Source of the DNA: Sphagnum compactum
Lineage: Eukaryota
Direction: 5' to 3'
Length of the DNA stretch: 64,000 nt
Assembly: GCA_965153455.1 (NCBI GenBank)
Contig: OZ234493.1
Coordinates: 32,230,213-32,294,212, forward strand
Position numbers and translations under genes: made by a program. Of this stretch, positions 38,079 through 50,576 are shown one piece after another (positions within the stretch are counted from its first letter, which is position 1; every line of letters begins with the position of its first letter). Under the pieces are notes generated by a model. The model saw only the letters and a program-made list of their open reading frames with translations. It did no database searches and was not told the origin of the DNA.

Positions 38079-39385
38079 CTCTTGTTCGATTCCCCAAAAA
38101 TGTATTATACTAAACCCTATGTATCTTGAGTTATTAGAACTCAACTCTACAGATTACCCTAAAACCCTTGAACTCTTGATTTAACCTTGCACTTATTCTT
38201 TTGGCAAAATACAAGAAGATTCAAAACTTGCTCCAAGTGGAATTGTAAATTTTTTGGACTTTTGTAAAATTAGTTATGATTTCTTGAAAATTTGTGGTAG
38301 AGTGACTTAATTATAGCTGACTTTATGAAAAGTGGCTTCCCACACAGAAGCTCTTATTGTCAGTCTGATGTGATTAAGTTATAGTATATGTGCAGAAGGT
38401 TGTGATTTATGTGACAATAGTTCATCATCATAATAAGGTAGATTTGATGCTTTCACATATAGCAAGCAATAAATTAGAGGCTATTGCAGACCTCAATTTA
38501 GGTTACAAGGTGAAGTGGTTGTTTTAGTGGTGGTTTTCGGGTTAGTGTAAATCTCAGTTGTGAGTACCCTGTTTTTAAGGTATAGGGTACAATGGCATTT
38601 TTGGGTGGTGATATTTGAGGCCAACTCAAATATGACATTAACATAGCCTACTTTGTGAAATGTGTGTTGAGCATCTCAAGTCCTTGTTGTTAAGGATATG
38701 TTAATATGAGTAACAACATCATTAAAAACTTATAGTGCATGCCAAAGATTGTGTTTTAGATGTCATTAATCTGTCACAATAAAGTATACTTGATTTTTCA
38801 CATGTAGGAAGAGGGTTGTAGGAAGTGGTCATAGGAGAACAGTGTGCAACTTGGTTTAAGGTACAACGGTTGTTTTGGGTAGTTTTCTATCTTAATCATG
38901 TCCTCTTCCCAAGAAATGCTAGGAATTTTCATAATAATTTCACATAAAATACAAGCTTTTGTGGCAATAGGTCAAAGTTTCATATAGAGGTCTGAGGATT
39001 ACCCACCTTCACATTCTGCAAGGTCATAGTGTTTTTTCCCAAAGATAAAAGAGTATTTGGTGACAAAATTGGCTAGCTAGAAATGATCAAGGTTCAAGGT
39101 TTATGTAATCAATAAGGTTTCGATCCATGATTTTACACTCAAGCTCACTCACTTTATAAGTGACTATGGGAAACTTTCTTGGAAACAAGTTGCTAAGCTT
39201 GAAAACCATTACAAAGTAGAAAGCATCATCTTCATGCATTCATAAAACACTCCACATTTTGCAGTAGTGCAAAGGAAGGGCACCTTATATTCGATAATGA
39301 GTCATTGGGAGTGAGTGGGAATTTTGAAAAGCAAAACTTGGTCTAACTTCCAAGGCAATGATGCAAATGAGGGCCAAGCTTGACT

Positions 39386-39672
39386 TAAGGCCTTTGGAAT
39401 GGGCCATTCCCAAGATTCACTCAGGCCCTTCAAGTGGGTTGTTCCCATAATTTGGTAAGGCCCTTGGAATGGGTCATTCCTGAGATTCACTAAGGCCCTT
39501 CAACTGTGTTGTTCCTATAATTTGGTAAGGCCCTTGGAATAGGCCATTCCCAAGATTCACTAAGACCCTTTGAGTGGGTCATGCCCAAAGTTTGGTAAGG
39601 TCCCTTGGAATGGGCCACTCCCAGCGCACTATAGGTCCTTATTTGGAGCATTCCTGACTCCTAAGGCCCTTA
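39386..39672. repeat. 35-bp tandem array with alternating A/B units (70-bp higher-order repeat)
   Basis: TAAGGCCCTT-type unit starts at 39386, 39421, 39456, 39491, 39526, 39561, 39596, ~39631 and ~39662. Confidence 0.85.
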
Positions 39673-40102
39673 CCCTACACAAAAAGATTCATGAGTTCTA
39701 GTCCAAAGTGTTTTTTTGTGCTCATAGACCTTACCACGAATTTTTGATGCCACCTACCATTCACTTAAGCAGGAGAGCCTATCTTAGTTAATTTACTTCA
39801 CGACTACTTTCTGGACGCTAATGAAGGGCCGGTCTTGTTTTCTCTAATGGCTGTAAGGGGTTGTTAAGGGCTGGTTGTGTTTTCTCTAAAGTCTCTAAGG
39901 GGTTGTTAAGGGACTTTCACTGGGAGTCAGAGTCCCCATTCTTGAAGGCTTCTTCTTCTTCTTCTTCCTGTGTGTCCCTTTGCCTTATCCATTTGGGAAC
40001 AAACAAATTGTCGGGAAAATCTCGTCACAACTGCTACGGCTACTGCACAGGGGAGATAGGGAGAGGGACCAGAGCACCAAGAGCTGAGCGCCCAAGACGA
40101 TC

Positions 40103-42429
40103 ATGGCAGTAGTAGCATTGGGTAGTCTTCGCACAGGACTGCAGCACCTTGCCTGTTCCTCCTCATCCCCAAGGCTCACTTCCTCTGCTGCACCTCCGTC
40201 CCATATTCGCAGCTGGTATGTTGAATTTGACACTCTTGTTTTGTCCTAGCCACACACGCAGACAACTCTTTAAGTATTCATTTCATCCTGTTTTCTTTGC
40301 TTCCAATTGCTAGGTTATAGGGTAGATTGTGTTTTGGGTAAGCTTGCTTCATGTTTGACATTGTTCAAATGAGTTTTCCTACAAATACAAAGTTAGATAG
40401 CACATTACAACTAACCTGTGTAGGTAGATTTTGCAGTTGCAAAATCTGTACTAGTTTATGGGACACTTGATTAGGCAAATGGGTAGCGAGTTGTGCAGAC
40501 TTTCAGTGTTATCTATCACAATTGGGTACTAAGGAATTGTAGCTCTTGGAACTTTTTTTTGTTTTGTTGGGCTTTGTGCATAATATTTGAGTACTGCATT
40601 TTTGTTGCCAACCTTCAATCACTCACAATAATAATGAGGTTTTCAGGTTTTGCTCTCTTCAATGATCTACTCGGACTTGTTGGACTTGGTGAATTCTAGT
40701 GATATATAGATATGTCTAGTTTGCATTGCCTCTTGGGAATACTATATATGATCCACATGGGTGTTTACTTCTCATTTCAAGAAGGGAGAAAAACCCTAGT
40801 TAGTTAGGGCAAGGGTGTGGAGGTCCAGATTGCAAAAATTGTCCTCAAATTATGTCACAGGGTTACAAGGATTGCCTGACTGCTGCCCCTTATGGGGTTT
40901 CCTCTACCAGAAGAATTCAGTCGTTTGAGGTATTGAACATCAAATGCTGAAAAATGTAATGAAGTTTGTGTGTGCAGTGCTTCTCATGAAGAGGGCCCTT
41001 CTTTCGGAGCAACAAGGACTCAAAGGAGGGCTGTATTGCAGATTCCTGTCATTTTTGGAGCAATTTTGGGCATTGATCCTCATGATCATCTCAACGCCGT
41101 CACAGTTGAGGAATCAAGCTTTCCTGTGACGAAAAAAGTTTTTTTTGACATAACAATTGATGGTCAACCAGCTGGACAAATCGTTATTGGCCTATTCGGT
41201 GATAATGTACCCATTGGTGCTCAACGGTTTTTTGAGCTCTCCACAGGCAAGCGAGGCATTGGGTACCGTAAGAAGGAATTTTACAAGATTGGAAGAAACT
41301 ACATACAAAATGTGGGAGTCCGAGCATTTAGTCTCACTGGTGGGAGTGAAGATGCAGCAAAATTTACTGGGGGGGACACAGCGGACCAGCTGATTATGGA
41401 AATGAAGGAACTTGAAAGAAAAGGAACTAGACCAAAAAATAAGAAATGGGCTGTTTCCTTAGTGGCAATTGATGCTACTAAGCCTCCTCCAAAGACCAGA
41501 TTGGTGGCACGGGATGGAGCATTTGTGATAGTGGAGGAGGAGTCCAGGCCTGACCCAAATGGAACAGAATTCATGATTTTGACAGCTGATGCAACAGAGC
41601 TGGATGATACAAATACAGTAGTGGGTGAAGTGATTCAAGGCATGGATGTCGTAGACCGTATTTCTAATGTCAAAGTTGTTCAAGAGAATACCAGCAGTCC
41701 TTACTTTCAGTATGATATCTTCCTCCACAATCCCTTCTTTCTGCACTATCTAAGATGGATGTGAGGTCTTTAACTAAGAAGGCTAGAGTTTTTGATCCCA
41801 CTTGTTTTATCACTCTTTTCACAGCTCTATCTCATTCTTCTTTCCTCTCCCCCCCCTCTTCATTTTTTAGTGATATCTTCTCTCGTATTCATCTCTGGTA
41901 TACATTTCCTTGACACAGTTTTCAGGGGACACACCTCTTCAGGTTTCTTCATCATTTCACACTGCAACTGAACTTGGATAGAATCATCTGCACCACCCTC
42001 CAGTCTAATTAAACCACAGGAGGGAAATTGTTGTAAATCATGCTGAGAATGCAAGTTTCTTGCTCTGAGTTGTTAAGTAAATAACAGCTCCATGTAAAAT
42101 TCTAGACATTAGAACTCTCAGGTATGACAGATTAAGAGACTAAATTATGTATAGTTATCTCGTCAGGGGTTGTTCTTTTCTCCATTTGTTCACATCGGTG
42201 GATTCAAGTATTCCTCTATCACATATTGGGTATATATCATATGGTGTGCTCAGTTTGATGAAGGGGGAAGAAGACCCATATGTACAACCTACAATTTCTT
42301 ACACAATGGTTGCTGAATTTTCGCAGGGTGGCAAAGTTCATCGGAGACACAAGAGCTGTTGTCGCAGAGAAAGGATTCAATAGGCCATATTCCAAAGTTA
42401 TCATTTCCAAAAGTGGAGAGATCAGGTGA
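40103..42429 (+). CDS. CYP26-2: Chloroplast cyclophilin-type PPIase CYP26-2, 3 exons: 40103-40215, 40978-41709, 42327-42429; ~315 aa
   Basis: VFFDITIDGQPAGQIVIGLFG, KPPPKTRLVARDG, PNGTEF, NTSSPYF|QVAKFIGDTRAVVAEKGFNRPYSKV. Ser/Ala-rich transit-peptide-like exon 1; phases consistent. Confidence 0.9.
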
Positions 42430-44084
42430 CATTATTTGTTAGCATTCACTGACTACATCACCAAATCTCTTCCAATTGCTGAAGTTCAACTTAGTTTCTT
42501 TCCTCTTAGAAATGGGTTTTCTTCTTGGTTAAGCAAAGCTGAAAATGCTCTCTGACAAGGTGGATATTCTCCACCATTTCCTTTTATACCATCCATATCG
42601 AGACTCAAGTTGTTCTGGTGTCATTCCCACCCTTTCAAATACACAAAGCTGTTTGTCAGGTAGATTTTATTGCAAATGCAGAAGACTCTTCTAGAATTTC
42701 CTTGTTTAGGTTTTTGTTCAAAGAATTTGGTAAGGGCAGCTAGCCATAAAATTCCTTGAAATTGCAAAGGCTCACAAGGCCTTTGTATTTCCCAAATGTA
42801 ACCAGCATCTGAACTCAGTAGCATTGAAATTTCAGAACAAACTGGATTTGTAATAGCAGTTACCAATCATCATCAGTACTCAATATGAACTCCTCAATAG
42901 TATTGAAATTTCAGAATGCACTGCACTTGTGCTGCAATTACCAATTGAGTGTAAACAATATGCACAACTGACATCAGTCTTCCAATTTCATGCACTCAGC
43001 ATGAAATTTCAAGAGTCAAAACCCTGAACCTTTTTTCCTTTGATCTTTTGAGCAGCTAAAAAACCAGACAGTATTTTCATAATGGTATATATTTCCACAG
43101 TCTCACAGAATAGTTTGTTGTTAAATATCATTCAAGTTTTCTTTGTTTCTGCAACACTGATCTTTATTTTATTTCCCTTCTTCTTCAGCAGGCTCTTTTT
43201 TTTTCTGAGGAAATGAATGAAACTTGTTTCCACAAAAGAAGAACAGAAAGGTGAAAAAAACCAAACTCAAATTGTTGGCTACAAGTGGATACCTAGGGCT
43301 TTCTCCCCCCCGCCACACAGAATTGTAAGATATTTCCTATCCAGAATCCAGAACTGGCTTGTGTCCCCATGTTCTAAATATAAAATCAGACAGATCCCCA
43401 CCCAACACTTGGGTTCACACACAAAAAACGTTGCCACATATGCTTCAGCATTCTTTCGGACATGGGACACAATGAGTGGCAACTTTCCAAATTCAATGAA
43501 CTAATGAACTCTCTTTCAAACAAACACCTTGACTATCAACCCTGTTGTGTTCTTTCAACTCTCATTTAGGTAAGCACTACTTGATTTGTGCTTGAGTGTT
43601 ACAAATTGTGACCTGCCAGGTACTACTTGTTTGAAATTGGAGTTGTTGCTAGGTGAAAGAAAAAAACAAAAACTAGACAAAAAGACTTGAAAGTGAAAGA
43701 GGTTCCAACCTAAATCGCAGACATGATGTGGGATGTGGCCCAGTGCAGCAGTGCCAGCAGAAAGGCGCATGGGGCATCATCACATCCACTGCTAACCTAG
43801 TCCTGCACAAAAGCACTAGAGTCGCCATTCTGTCAAGTTTTGTTAGGTGATTACAGGGGAAGGAACAATCCAGCATATTCATGAATTGCTCTGCTGTGAC
43901 TGTTGGTTCCCTCTGACCCAGCTTCCACTCTTGTTGAGCTTTGAGTGTATGCCCAAGAAAGTTTGCCTACTCTGTATCAGATTTTGGAATCTTCATACAC
44001 AAGAAGAAAGAAAGAAAGGATGTGAGTGAAACACTGGTTATACACTCTAGAACAGGCCCTGATAGAACCCATTTCAACCTAATG

Positions 44085-44345
44085 GAACAGATCACAACTC
44101 TCCAATGACAAAAGAGGAGGAGATGATCACAAGTCTCCAAAACATAACTTTGTGGTGTTGAAAGAGGAGAGATGATCACATCTCTACTGGAGACAACACT
44201 TTGCAATGTTGATACAGGAGAGATGATTACAACAACTCTCCAGACATAACAGTGTATGCACTGTTGAGAGAGGGAGGAGGAGATCACAAGTCTCCAAAAC
44301 AGTTTGTGATGTTGAAAGAGGAGATTACAACAAGTCTCTAGACAT
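44085..44345. repeat. ~50-bp degenerate tandem repeat (~5 copies)
   Basis: Recurrent GAGGAGA(GA)TGATCACAAGTCTCCA(A/G)AACA...TGTTGA. Confidence 0.75.
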
Positions 44346-45023
44346 AAAATCTCTCTTTCTACAGTCTTCTGGCTGCAAAATTCTTTCTGTGCAGCAAGAG
44401 AAATGCGTGCAGAAGTGGAAACCACCTAAAAAACAGATTAGGATGACTCTTCCATGAAGCAAGAATCCTCAGCAGATCTTTCTCCATTCCATTCATGCCC
44501 GATTTCTTTCTTCTGCTCCCAGGCTGCAATATGGTAGTGTACAAGTAGATCTAGAGAACCTTTCTTCTTCCCGCAGTTGTTGCTTGCTTGCTCCAAGACA
44601 ACAACACTACTCTGTTTTTGACATGGAAAGCACAAATTGATCACGCTCTACTTTCGCTTAAGCTTATTGCAACAAAAATTGTTTTCTCATCATTCTTGCA
44701 GGATGGTGATCAGAGTGAGTACCTGTTGTATGAAGAAGGCAAGTCTTTGATCTTCATCTCCAAAGGTTTGCAAGAAGAAGCACGTCCGTCACTGCGCTGC
44801 AAACAAGGTGTAGTTATGAGACCCGTTGCCTGCTGCAGGCTCTCGGTGAAGAAAAAGAGATACTGAAAATGGCTGGCGTCATAGGGAGGGTGCGACACCA
44901 TCATCGTGTCTCCGAAACACTTTTGTTATTGCCAGTTCGTCGTCTTCGATCTCTGCGCAGTATGAATGGAGGAAGAAAGAGAGAGAGAGAGAACACTTAC
45001 GAGATTTCTTCAACTGCATTCCT

Positions 45024-46640
45024 TCAAGACAGTGCGACGGAGGAGGACGCGGAGCATTGCGATCCGGATGCGTGCTGGTTCTTGGCGCTTGATTGTGACT
45101 CTTTACAGTGCGCGATAGCGCCTTGAATTGCACTCTGCAGCTCGGATGTAAAACCACTGCTGGTGCTGGTGCTACTGCATACTGCTGGCCGGCCACTGCC
45201 TCGCCGCGCTGCTGTTGTGCCAAGAGAAGAGTGCGAGCGAGGGTTGAAATCAATGGAAGCGAGTCTGGCGGTCTGCGAGAAGGACGAGAAGCTTCTGTTG
45301 CCGGGGACATTGCGAGGCTGTCTTCCACTTTCATGGAGCAAAGAAGAAGACGACGCCGGGAGACTCACAAAGTTGTTCACTCCTCGGCACGATTGCTCAT
45401 CAAGATGATCGTAGTTAAGAAGCTCGTCGTTCTTCTTCACGTGATGAAGCGGCTTCAGAATTCGCATGTACTTCTGCAGATACTCGCGAGCCTTCGTCAT
45501 GCCGCCTTGATCTCTTTCTCCATCAGCGCCAACAACAATAGCAGCCTGCTGCGATTCCGTGTATCCTCCTCCGCTTTGCAACGACGACAACTCTCCGCTG
45601 TAGTCACTGAAGTATTCGTCACACACAGGAGCATCATCGTCACCAACGCAGATCGCGTCAGCCGTGTCGACGGAAGCGGAAGCGGAAGCGCCGCTCTCTT
45701 CTTCAGAAACATTGGCGAGACGATGATGCAGCATCCGCTGCTGCCCTGCTTTTGGATCCAGTAAAGAAGAAGAAGCGCTTGACGACTTCGCCACCGCTGC
45801 CACCTTCTTGGCTCCAAACAAAACTTTCTTCCACTTGAAGGAGGGCAGTTTGAACGTCGAGCTGCTGGAAACGACGACGGAAGAAGAGGAGCTTCTTTCT
45901 TCTGTCGGAGATCTGAAGACATGCGTTCTAAAAACCTCCCGATTCTGCTGCTGCTGCAGAAAGCTGGACGATATTGGAAAGTGATCTTTGGAGGTGCTAC
46001 TGTCGGAGAAGTTGGCGTCCTGCGAGCTTCCATTTGAATCCCGGGAGCTGCTACTGTCTCTTGCGGAAGTCGAATCTCTGCTACAACTGTCCGTGGAGGA
46101 GCAGGAGGAGTCTCTTTGCCTGGGATGATCTGACCATTGGCCCCGAAATCTGCTGCCGATCCCACAGTAGTCGGGTGCTGCAGAGGTAGTACTAGCGTCC
46201 GAGGAAGTGGACGACAGCAGCTCGGCGTTACTGTGCATCCAGAACCTGGAATACTTCGGATGGTGGAAGCTGGGACAAGGAAGAGTTTGCAACACAGAAG
46301 GGGGAGGAGGAGGAGGAGCAATTTGGCTAGTCTTCTCACTCTTCGGCTGCTGCTGCTGCTTCTGGTAGGACGCGAGGTTCTGGACCATCCGTAGGCGGGG
46401 AGTTACATGAAGAGGAAGCAGTTGCCCTTTGAAGAAAAGCTCATCAGCTGAAGACATTACCACCGATGGACATACTATACGCTGATCTTCTGATGCTGCC
46501 ATAGCCGACGACGACGACATGCTGAAGAACTCGAACTCTTCTTCTTCAAGTCCTCCATCATCATCGCAAGACTCCGGCCTTTGCTCCGTCGTTGCACTCT
46601 CCACCACAACAGCAGCAGCATTTTCCAGCTGCGGCCACAT
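45024..46640 (-). CDS. Membrane-associated kinase regulator (MAKR/BKI1 family), single exon, 538 aa
   Basis: EEEFEF, SSADELFFKGQLLPLH..PRLRMV, Ser-rich middle, KYMRILKPL and C-terminal ELQSAIQGAIAHCKES. Confidence 0.88.
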   Translation of the reverse strand: MWPQLENAAAVVVESATTEQRPESCDDDGGLEEEEFEFFSMSSSSAMAASEDQRIVCPSVVMSSADELFFKGQLLPLHVTPRLRMVQNLASYQKQQQQPKSEKTSQIAPPPPPPSVLQTLPCPSFHHPKYSRFWMHSNAELLSSTSSDASTTSAAPDYCGIGSRFRGQWSDHPRQRDSSCSSTDSCSRDSTSARDSSSSRDSNGSSQDANFSDSSTSKDHFPISSSFLQQQQNREVFRTHVFRSPTEERSSSSSVVVSSSSTFKLPSFKWKKVLFGAKKVAAVAKSSSASSSLLDPKAGQQRMLHHRLANVSEEESGASASASVDTADAICVGDDDAPVCDEYFSDYSGELSSLQSGGGYTESQQAAIVVGADGERDQGGMTKAREYLQKYMRILKPLHHVKKNDELLNYDHLDEQSCRGVNNFVSLPASSSSLLHESGRQPRNVPGNRSFSSFSQTARLASIDFNPRSHSSLGTTAARRGSGRPAVCSSTSTSSGFTSELQSAIQGAIAHCKESQSSAKNQHASGSQCSASSSVALS

Positions 46641-47398
46641 GATGATGATGAACAGGCGCGCGTTTGATCCGTCGACAATTTTTTCTGCACTGCACTTTCC
46701 GAGGTTTGATTCCTGTGCAATCGCTAGAACAACTCCGATCCTTACTTACTCGGGAAGCTATGCAATGCCTAGTTATCTCCTCTTCCAAAACTCTCAAGTC
46801 TGCTGCCTGTTGCCTACAGTGCCGCTCTTTTTTCCCATTTTGTCTCCGCGAGCACTTGGCTCTCTCCACCACCAACTCTATTTGTCACAATGCTACTATA
46901 GACTCTGGTCATTATTATACCTTCTTGGTAGTTGTGCGTCCAGACAATACAGCCCCCAGCTTCTTCAATGCGGTGATACTTAGTTATCGCGCGGGAAAGA
47001 GAGACAAGTGCGGGCTCCTGAATCCTGAGACTTGGAAAGCGGGGAGGGGGACCATAAAACGACAAATGTGGAGCAGCCAGACGGAAGACGCAGAGAGAGC
47101 GAACACAAAAAAAACAAAACAAAAGGCCGGCGCAATTGTGGTGGCCAGTTTAAAGACCGAAAGGACCGTTGCAACAGCCAGCAGACACCGAAAGGAAAAA
47201 AAACCAAAAAAACGCACGCCCCTCCTCGAGTTTTCTTTTTTTTCGGCAGATCTGAATCGCTAGCAAACTTTGAGGCATGTAGGTACTGAACTTAGTTTGT
47301 GGAGATAAATTCCGCTAAGAAGACAATCGAAGAACTAACTCATCAGCAGCGTCTTCAGTTCGACTTCACCTCAAGAACCTGCTGTTATTGTCGTCCGT

Positions 47399-47441
47399 TG
47401 TGTGTGTGTGTGTGTGTGTGTCTCTCTCTCTCTCTCTCTCT
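47399..47441 (+). repeat. Compound (TG)n(TC)n microsatellite
   Basis: Direct reading of the sequence. Confidence 0.9.
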
Positions 47442-47464
47442 CCTCGCGTGTTTCCGTGGTCGTG

Positions 47465-47670
47465 AGTTTGTTCTGGAGTGTCTTCTGTTGTTGTCGTGGG
47501 TGCTCTCCTGGAGTCTCTTTCTGGTGTCGTCCGTTGCTCGACTCTCTTTTGTCGTCGGGAGTTCTCGACTCTTTCTGTCTCGTCGTCGGGAGTTCTCAAG
47601 TCATTCTGGTTGTCGTCGTGAGTTCTCGAGTCTAGAACTGGTTGTCGTCACTGCTCCGTCAGCTCTCGAG
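47465..47670. repeat. Degenerate ~30-bp tandem repeat (TTGTCGTCGGGAGTTCTCGA)
   Basis: 5-6 related units upstream of the MAKR gene. Confidence 0.65.
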
Positions 47671-47907
47671 ACCAAGCGACCGACCTACCTACCTACAACA
47701 GCGCCCCACTTTTTCCGACCCGCCTTTTCCCAAGCCTTCAACCCCAGTTCAACAAACAGGGTTTAGCTGCTGCATTTGACCCATGACCTAACCACAGTGG
47801 TTGAGCTACGTAGTTAGTAGTCATCCACTAACCCTAGTAGTCACTCACCTATTGCCTTACCTACTTCTTACCTATCTACACAGTAAACCATTTACAACAT
47901 TCCTGAT

Positions 47908-48099
47908 GGTGCATTCACACTTGATGTTAACTCACTGTTAACTGAAAATCTAGGTGGCATCCTAGGTGGCACCCAATGTTAAATGGGTGATAGCTTAACA
48001 TAAAACGTTCATGGTAAGTAGGTGTAAGTCCTAAATGACTAGCGTGGCATTAATGGACTCAACACTAGGGTCCCTAATAACATCAAGTGTGAATGCACC
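47908..48099. mobile_element. MITE with perfect 22-bp TIR
   Basis: GGTGCATTCACACTTGATGTTA...TAACATCAAGTGTGAATGCACC. Same family as 1741-1948. Confidence 0.88.
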
Positions 48100-48324
48100 T
48101 TCCCACTTACATATCTGCCCAATAAACAACCCATTTACATTCCTTACCTACGTACCAATTAGGCTATACTTACTTACTTCCCCATTTACATTACCTCCCA
48201 TCCATAGGTTCTCTCAAGCTTGTCACTCATCCTCCACTCTGCCCTTAGGTGGAGCAATATGAGTTTTTTTCTGTCCATTGTGAAGAGGGAGGAGGGTCAC
48301 CCCATCAGCAGGAGGGTTCCATGC

Positions 48325-48440
48325 CTTTTCATCCATCAACATCAGGGTTACAGAATTTTCATCCATCAACATCACGGTTACATACATGACTTTTCATCCA
48401 TCACCATGAGAGTTACATGACTTTTCATCCATCACCATCA
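48325..48440. repeat. ~30-bp tandem repeat (4 copies, TTTTCATCCATCA(A/C)CAT)
   Basis: Direct reading of the sequence. Confidence 0.8.
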
Positions 48441-49639
48441 TAAGTGAGAGGGTTATACCATCCTATGGACAATTGCCATTTAGGCTACATTTAAGAAAAA
48501 TTCCCAAATTTTTCCTTGATAATTATATGAGAACATAATAAAACAGAAGATCATCCTCCTGGGTAGTGTGTAGCAATGCAGAGCCCAAATAATTATTTTA
48601 AAAAATAAAATAATTATTATTTAGGAAAGAAATGAAGTAATTAGGTTTGAAAATGAGATAGTTATGAAATTCATTGTGCAATTCAACTTACCTTTCGTTT
48701 TCCAATTTTGTTGAGTATTGGAAATTTGGAGATTTCTCCCCAGAAATTTAACAAAATTAGTTAAATTTACACTAGGAAAAAAAATCCCAATTTTTTTCTC
48801 CCAAAAAAGAAAGGGGGAAAAAAAAAATGCCAACCAAAACTCTCTGCTAATTTGCTATACTCTAAAAGAACAAGTGATGAGCTTTACGCCGTGCAACGCC
48901 CCAGCCCCTGAGCATTACCCTACACATAATCATCCCTCATGAGAGTCTAAACGCTCTGGTTGGCTGTCTGGTCATAAGTTCCAACCCGTAATCTTCAACC
49001 TCTGTTTCATAAGCGCCGTAATAGTGAACCACAAGTTACCACCATGGGCTGGCTCTCTCGTTGGCCCAATGATTCTTCCGTCCGTAACCCTTCAGCTGCT
49101 TGGATGAGCATTTTATAAACTGCTCTTTGCATGGATGAAAAAAGAAGGCATCTCAATTCTCTCTAATTAGGGATGGTTGTGTCCCTTAACCAGAGAGAGG
49201 GCACTGGTTACCTGAGGAGAAGCTCTCTAATTGCAATTGGTAAGGGAGAGAGGAGTTTACTTACTTACTTACAATTTAGCGTCATTAAGTAACACTACTT
49301 ACTGCCCAACTCTTCATACATACATTAGGTTAGTAGGTTATATAACATATATAGATATCCATTTTATATTGGGGGAGGACATACCCAAGGATGAGGACAA
49401 AACTGGGGGTTGCTGGACTTGTTGTACCAAGCCCATTAATGAATGGGAGAGTGTGAAGAATTGTTTCAATTGATATTGGATACTGGAACTTGATGGCCTC
49501 AACTTTTTCTAGAAAGGCAAACAACAGCAACCCTGGCTGGCTCCTTTTGTCACCCTGGTTATTGAATGCCACATGGACTCATGATGATTTGTTATGATGG
49601 CCACATCTGATGATGACGCATCAGGACTATAATAAATAA

Positions 49640-50515
49640 GAGCATCTCCAGCAGTGCTCAGTAGAAGGTATATATATGATCCTGCACACTAAAACTGGAT
49701 GAGGAAAAGTCAAAACGTTCCGGTTTAGCTCTGGAAATTAGTTTTTGGCTCAGCACAATTGCAGCCTTTGCAGTGGCTCGCTCGTCAAAAGGCGCAGCAA
49801 CATTGTTCATTCGTGCACGTGCAGAAAAAGAAGAGAGTGTAATAGATATGATCATCCTGCACAGTATTATAAATGGATGAAGAAAACTCAAAACTTGCCG
49901 GTTTGGTTTGGCTCAGGAAATTGGTTTTGGCTCAGGAAAATGGTTTTGGCTCAGGAAAATAAATGGTTTTGGCTCAGCATAATTGCAGAGGAGTTTGCAG
50001 TGGCTGGTAAAAGGTGCAGCAACATTTCATTGTGCACCTCCATAAAAGAAAAGAGTGTAATAGATATGATCTGACTGCTGCTCAGTCTTTCTTTTTGATT
50101 GGCCCTCATACTGATTGGTCCAGGTGGTTTGCTATTACTAGTCCCCCACCTATTTGCTGTCCCAGTTTCAGTTTTTATGAGTGCTGCGGGGTTGCCCCAA
50201 AAAAAAGAGGAAATAACCAAACTTGGATGTGAAAAATATTAGGTGCAGCAACATTTCATTGTGCACCTGCAGCAGAAAAGAAAAGAGTGTAATAGATATG
50301 ATCTGACCGCTGCTCAGTCTTTCTTTCTGATTGGCCCATCATACTGATTGGTCCAGGTGGTTTGCTATTACTAGTCCCCCACCTATTTGCTGTCCGAGTT
50401 TCACAGTTTTTATGAGTGCTGCTGCGGGGTTGCCCCCCAAAAAAAGAGGAAATAACCAAACTTGGATGTGAAAAATATTTTTTGCAGGGTCACACATACT
50501 CAGCTGGAGATGCTC
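49640..50515. mobile_element. PIF/Harbinger (Tourist-like) MITE, 876 bp
   Basis: Perfect 13-bp TIR GAGCATCTCCAGC and TSD TAA/TAA. Internal TTTTGGCTCAG array and a ~230-bp tandem duplication (~50012-50480). Confidence 0.92.
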
Positions 50516-50576
50516 TAAGAGTGTAGTAACAAGTATATGGGTCTCTCAAGGGGCTTTCAGATAGGGTGAGGTGGGC

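Noticed and set aside
39386..39672. CRISPR-like palindromic repeat with spacers
   Set aside because: The apparent spacers are themselves repeated and homologous to the other unit; it is a tandem array.
40861..40929. Extra CYP26-2 exon
   Set aside because: It hits a stop in the phase required by exon 1 and would leave a 48-bp intron. Direct splicing to 40978 is in frame.
43723..43786. Small hairpin / miRNA candidate
   Set aside because: The stem is short and bulged, which is compatible with chance.
44879..47263. Overlapping alternative-frame and antisense ORFs (151-280 aa) around MAKR
   Set aside because: These are shadow ORFs of GC-rich low-complexity coding and UTR sequence, with no recognisable motifs.
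48880..49130. Coding fragment
   Set aside because: Balanced composition, but only short frames with stops and no recognisable motif.
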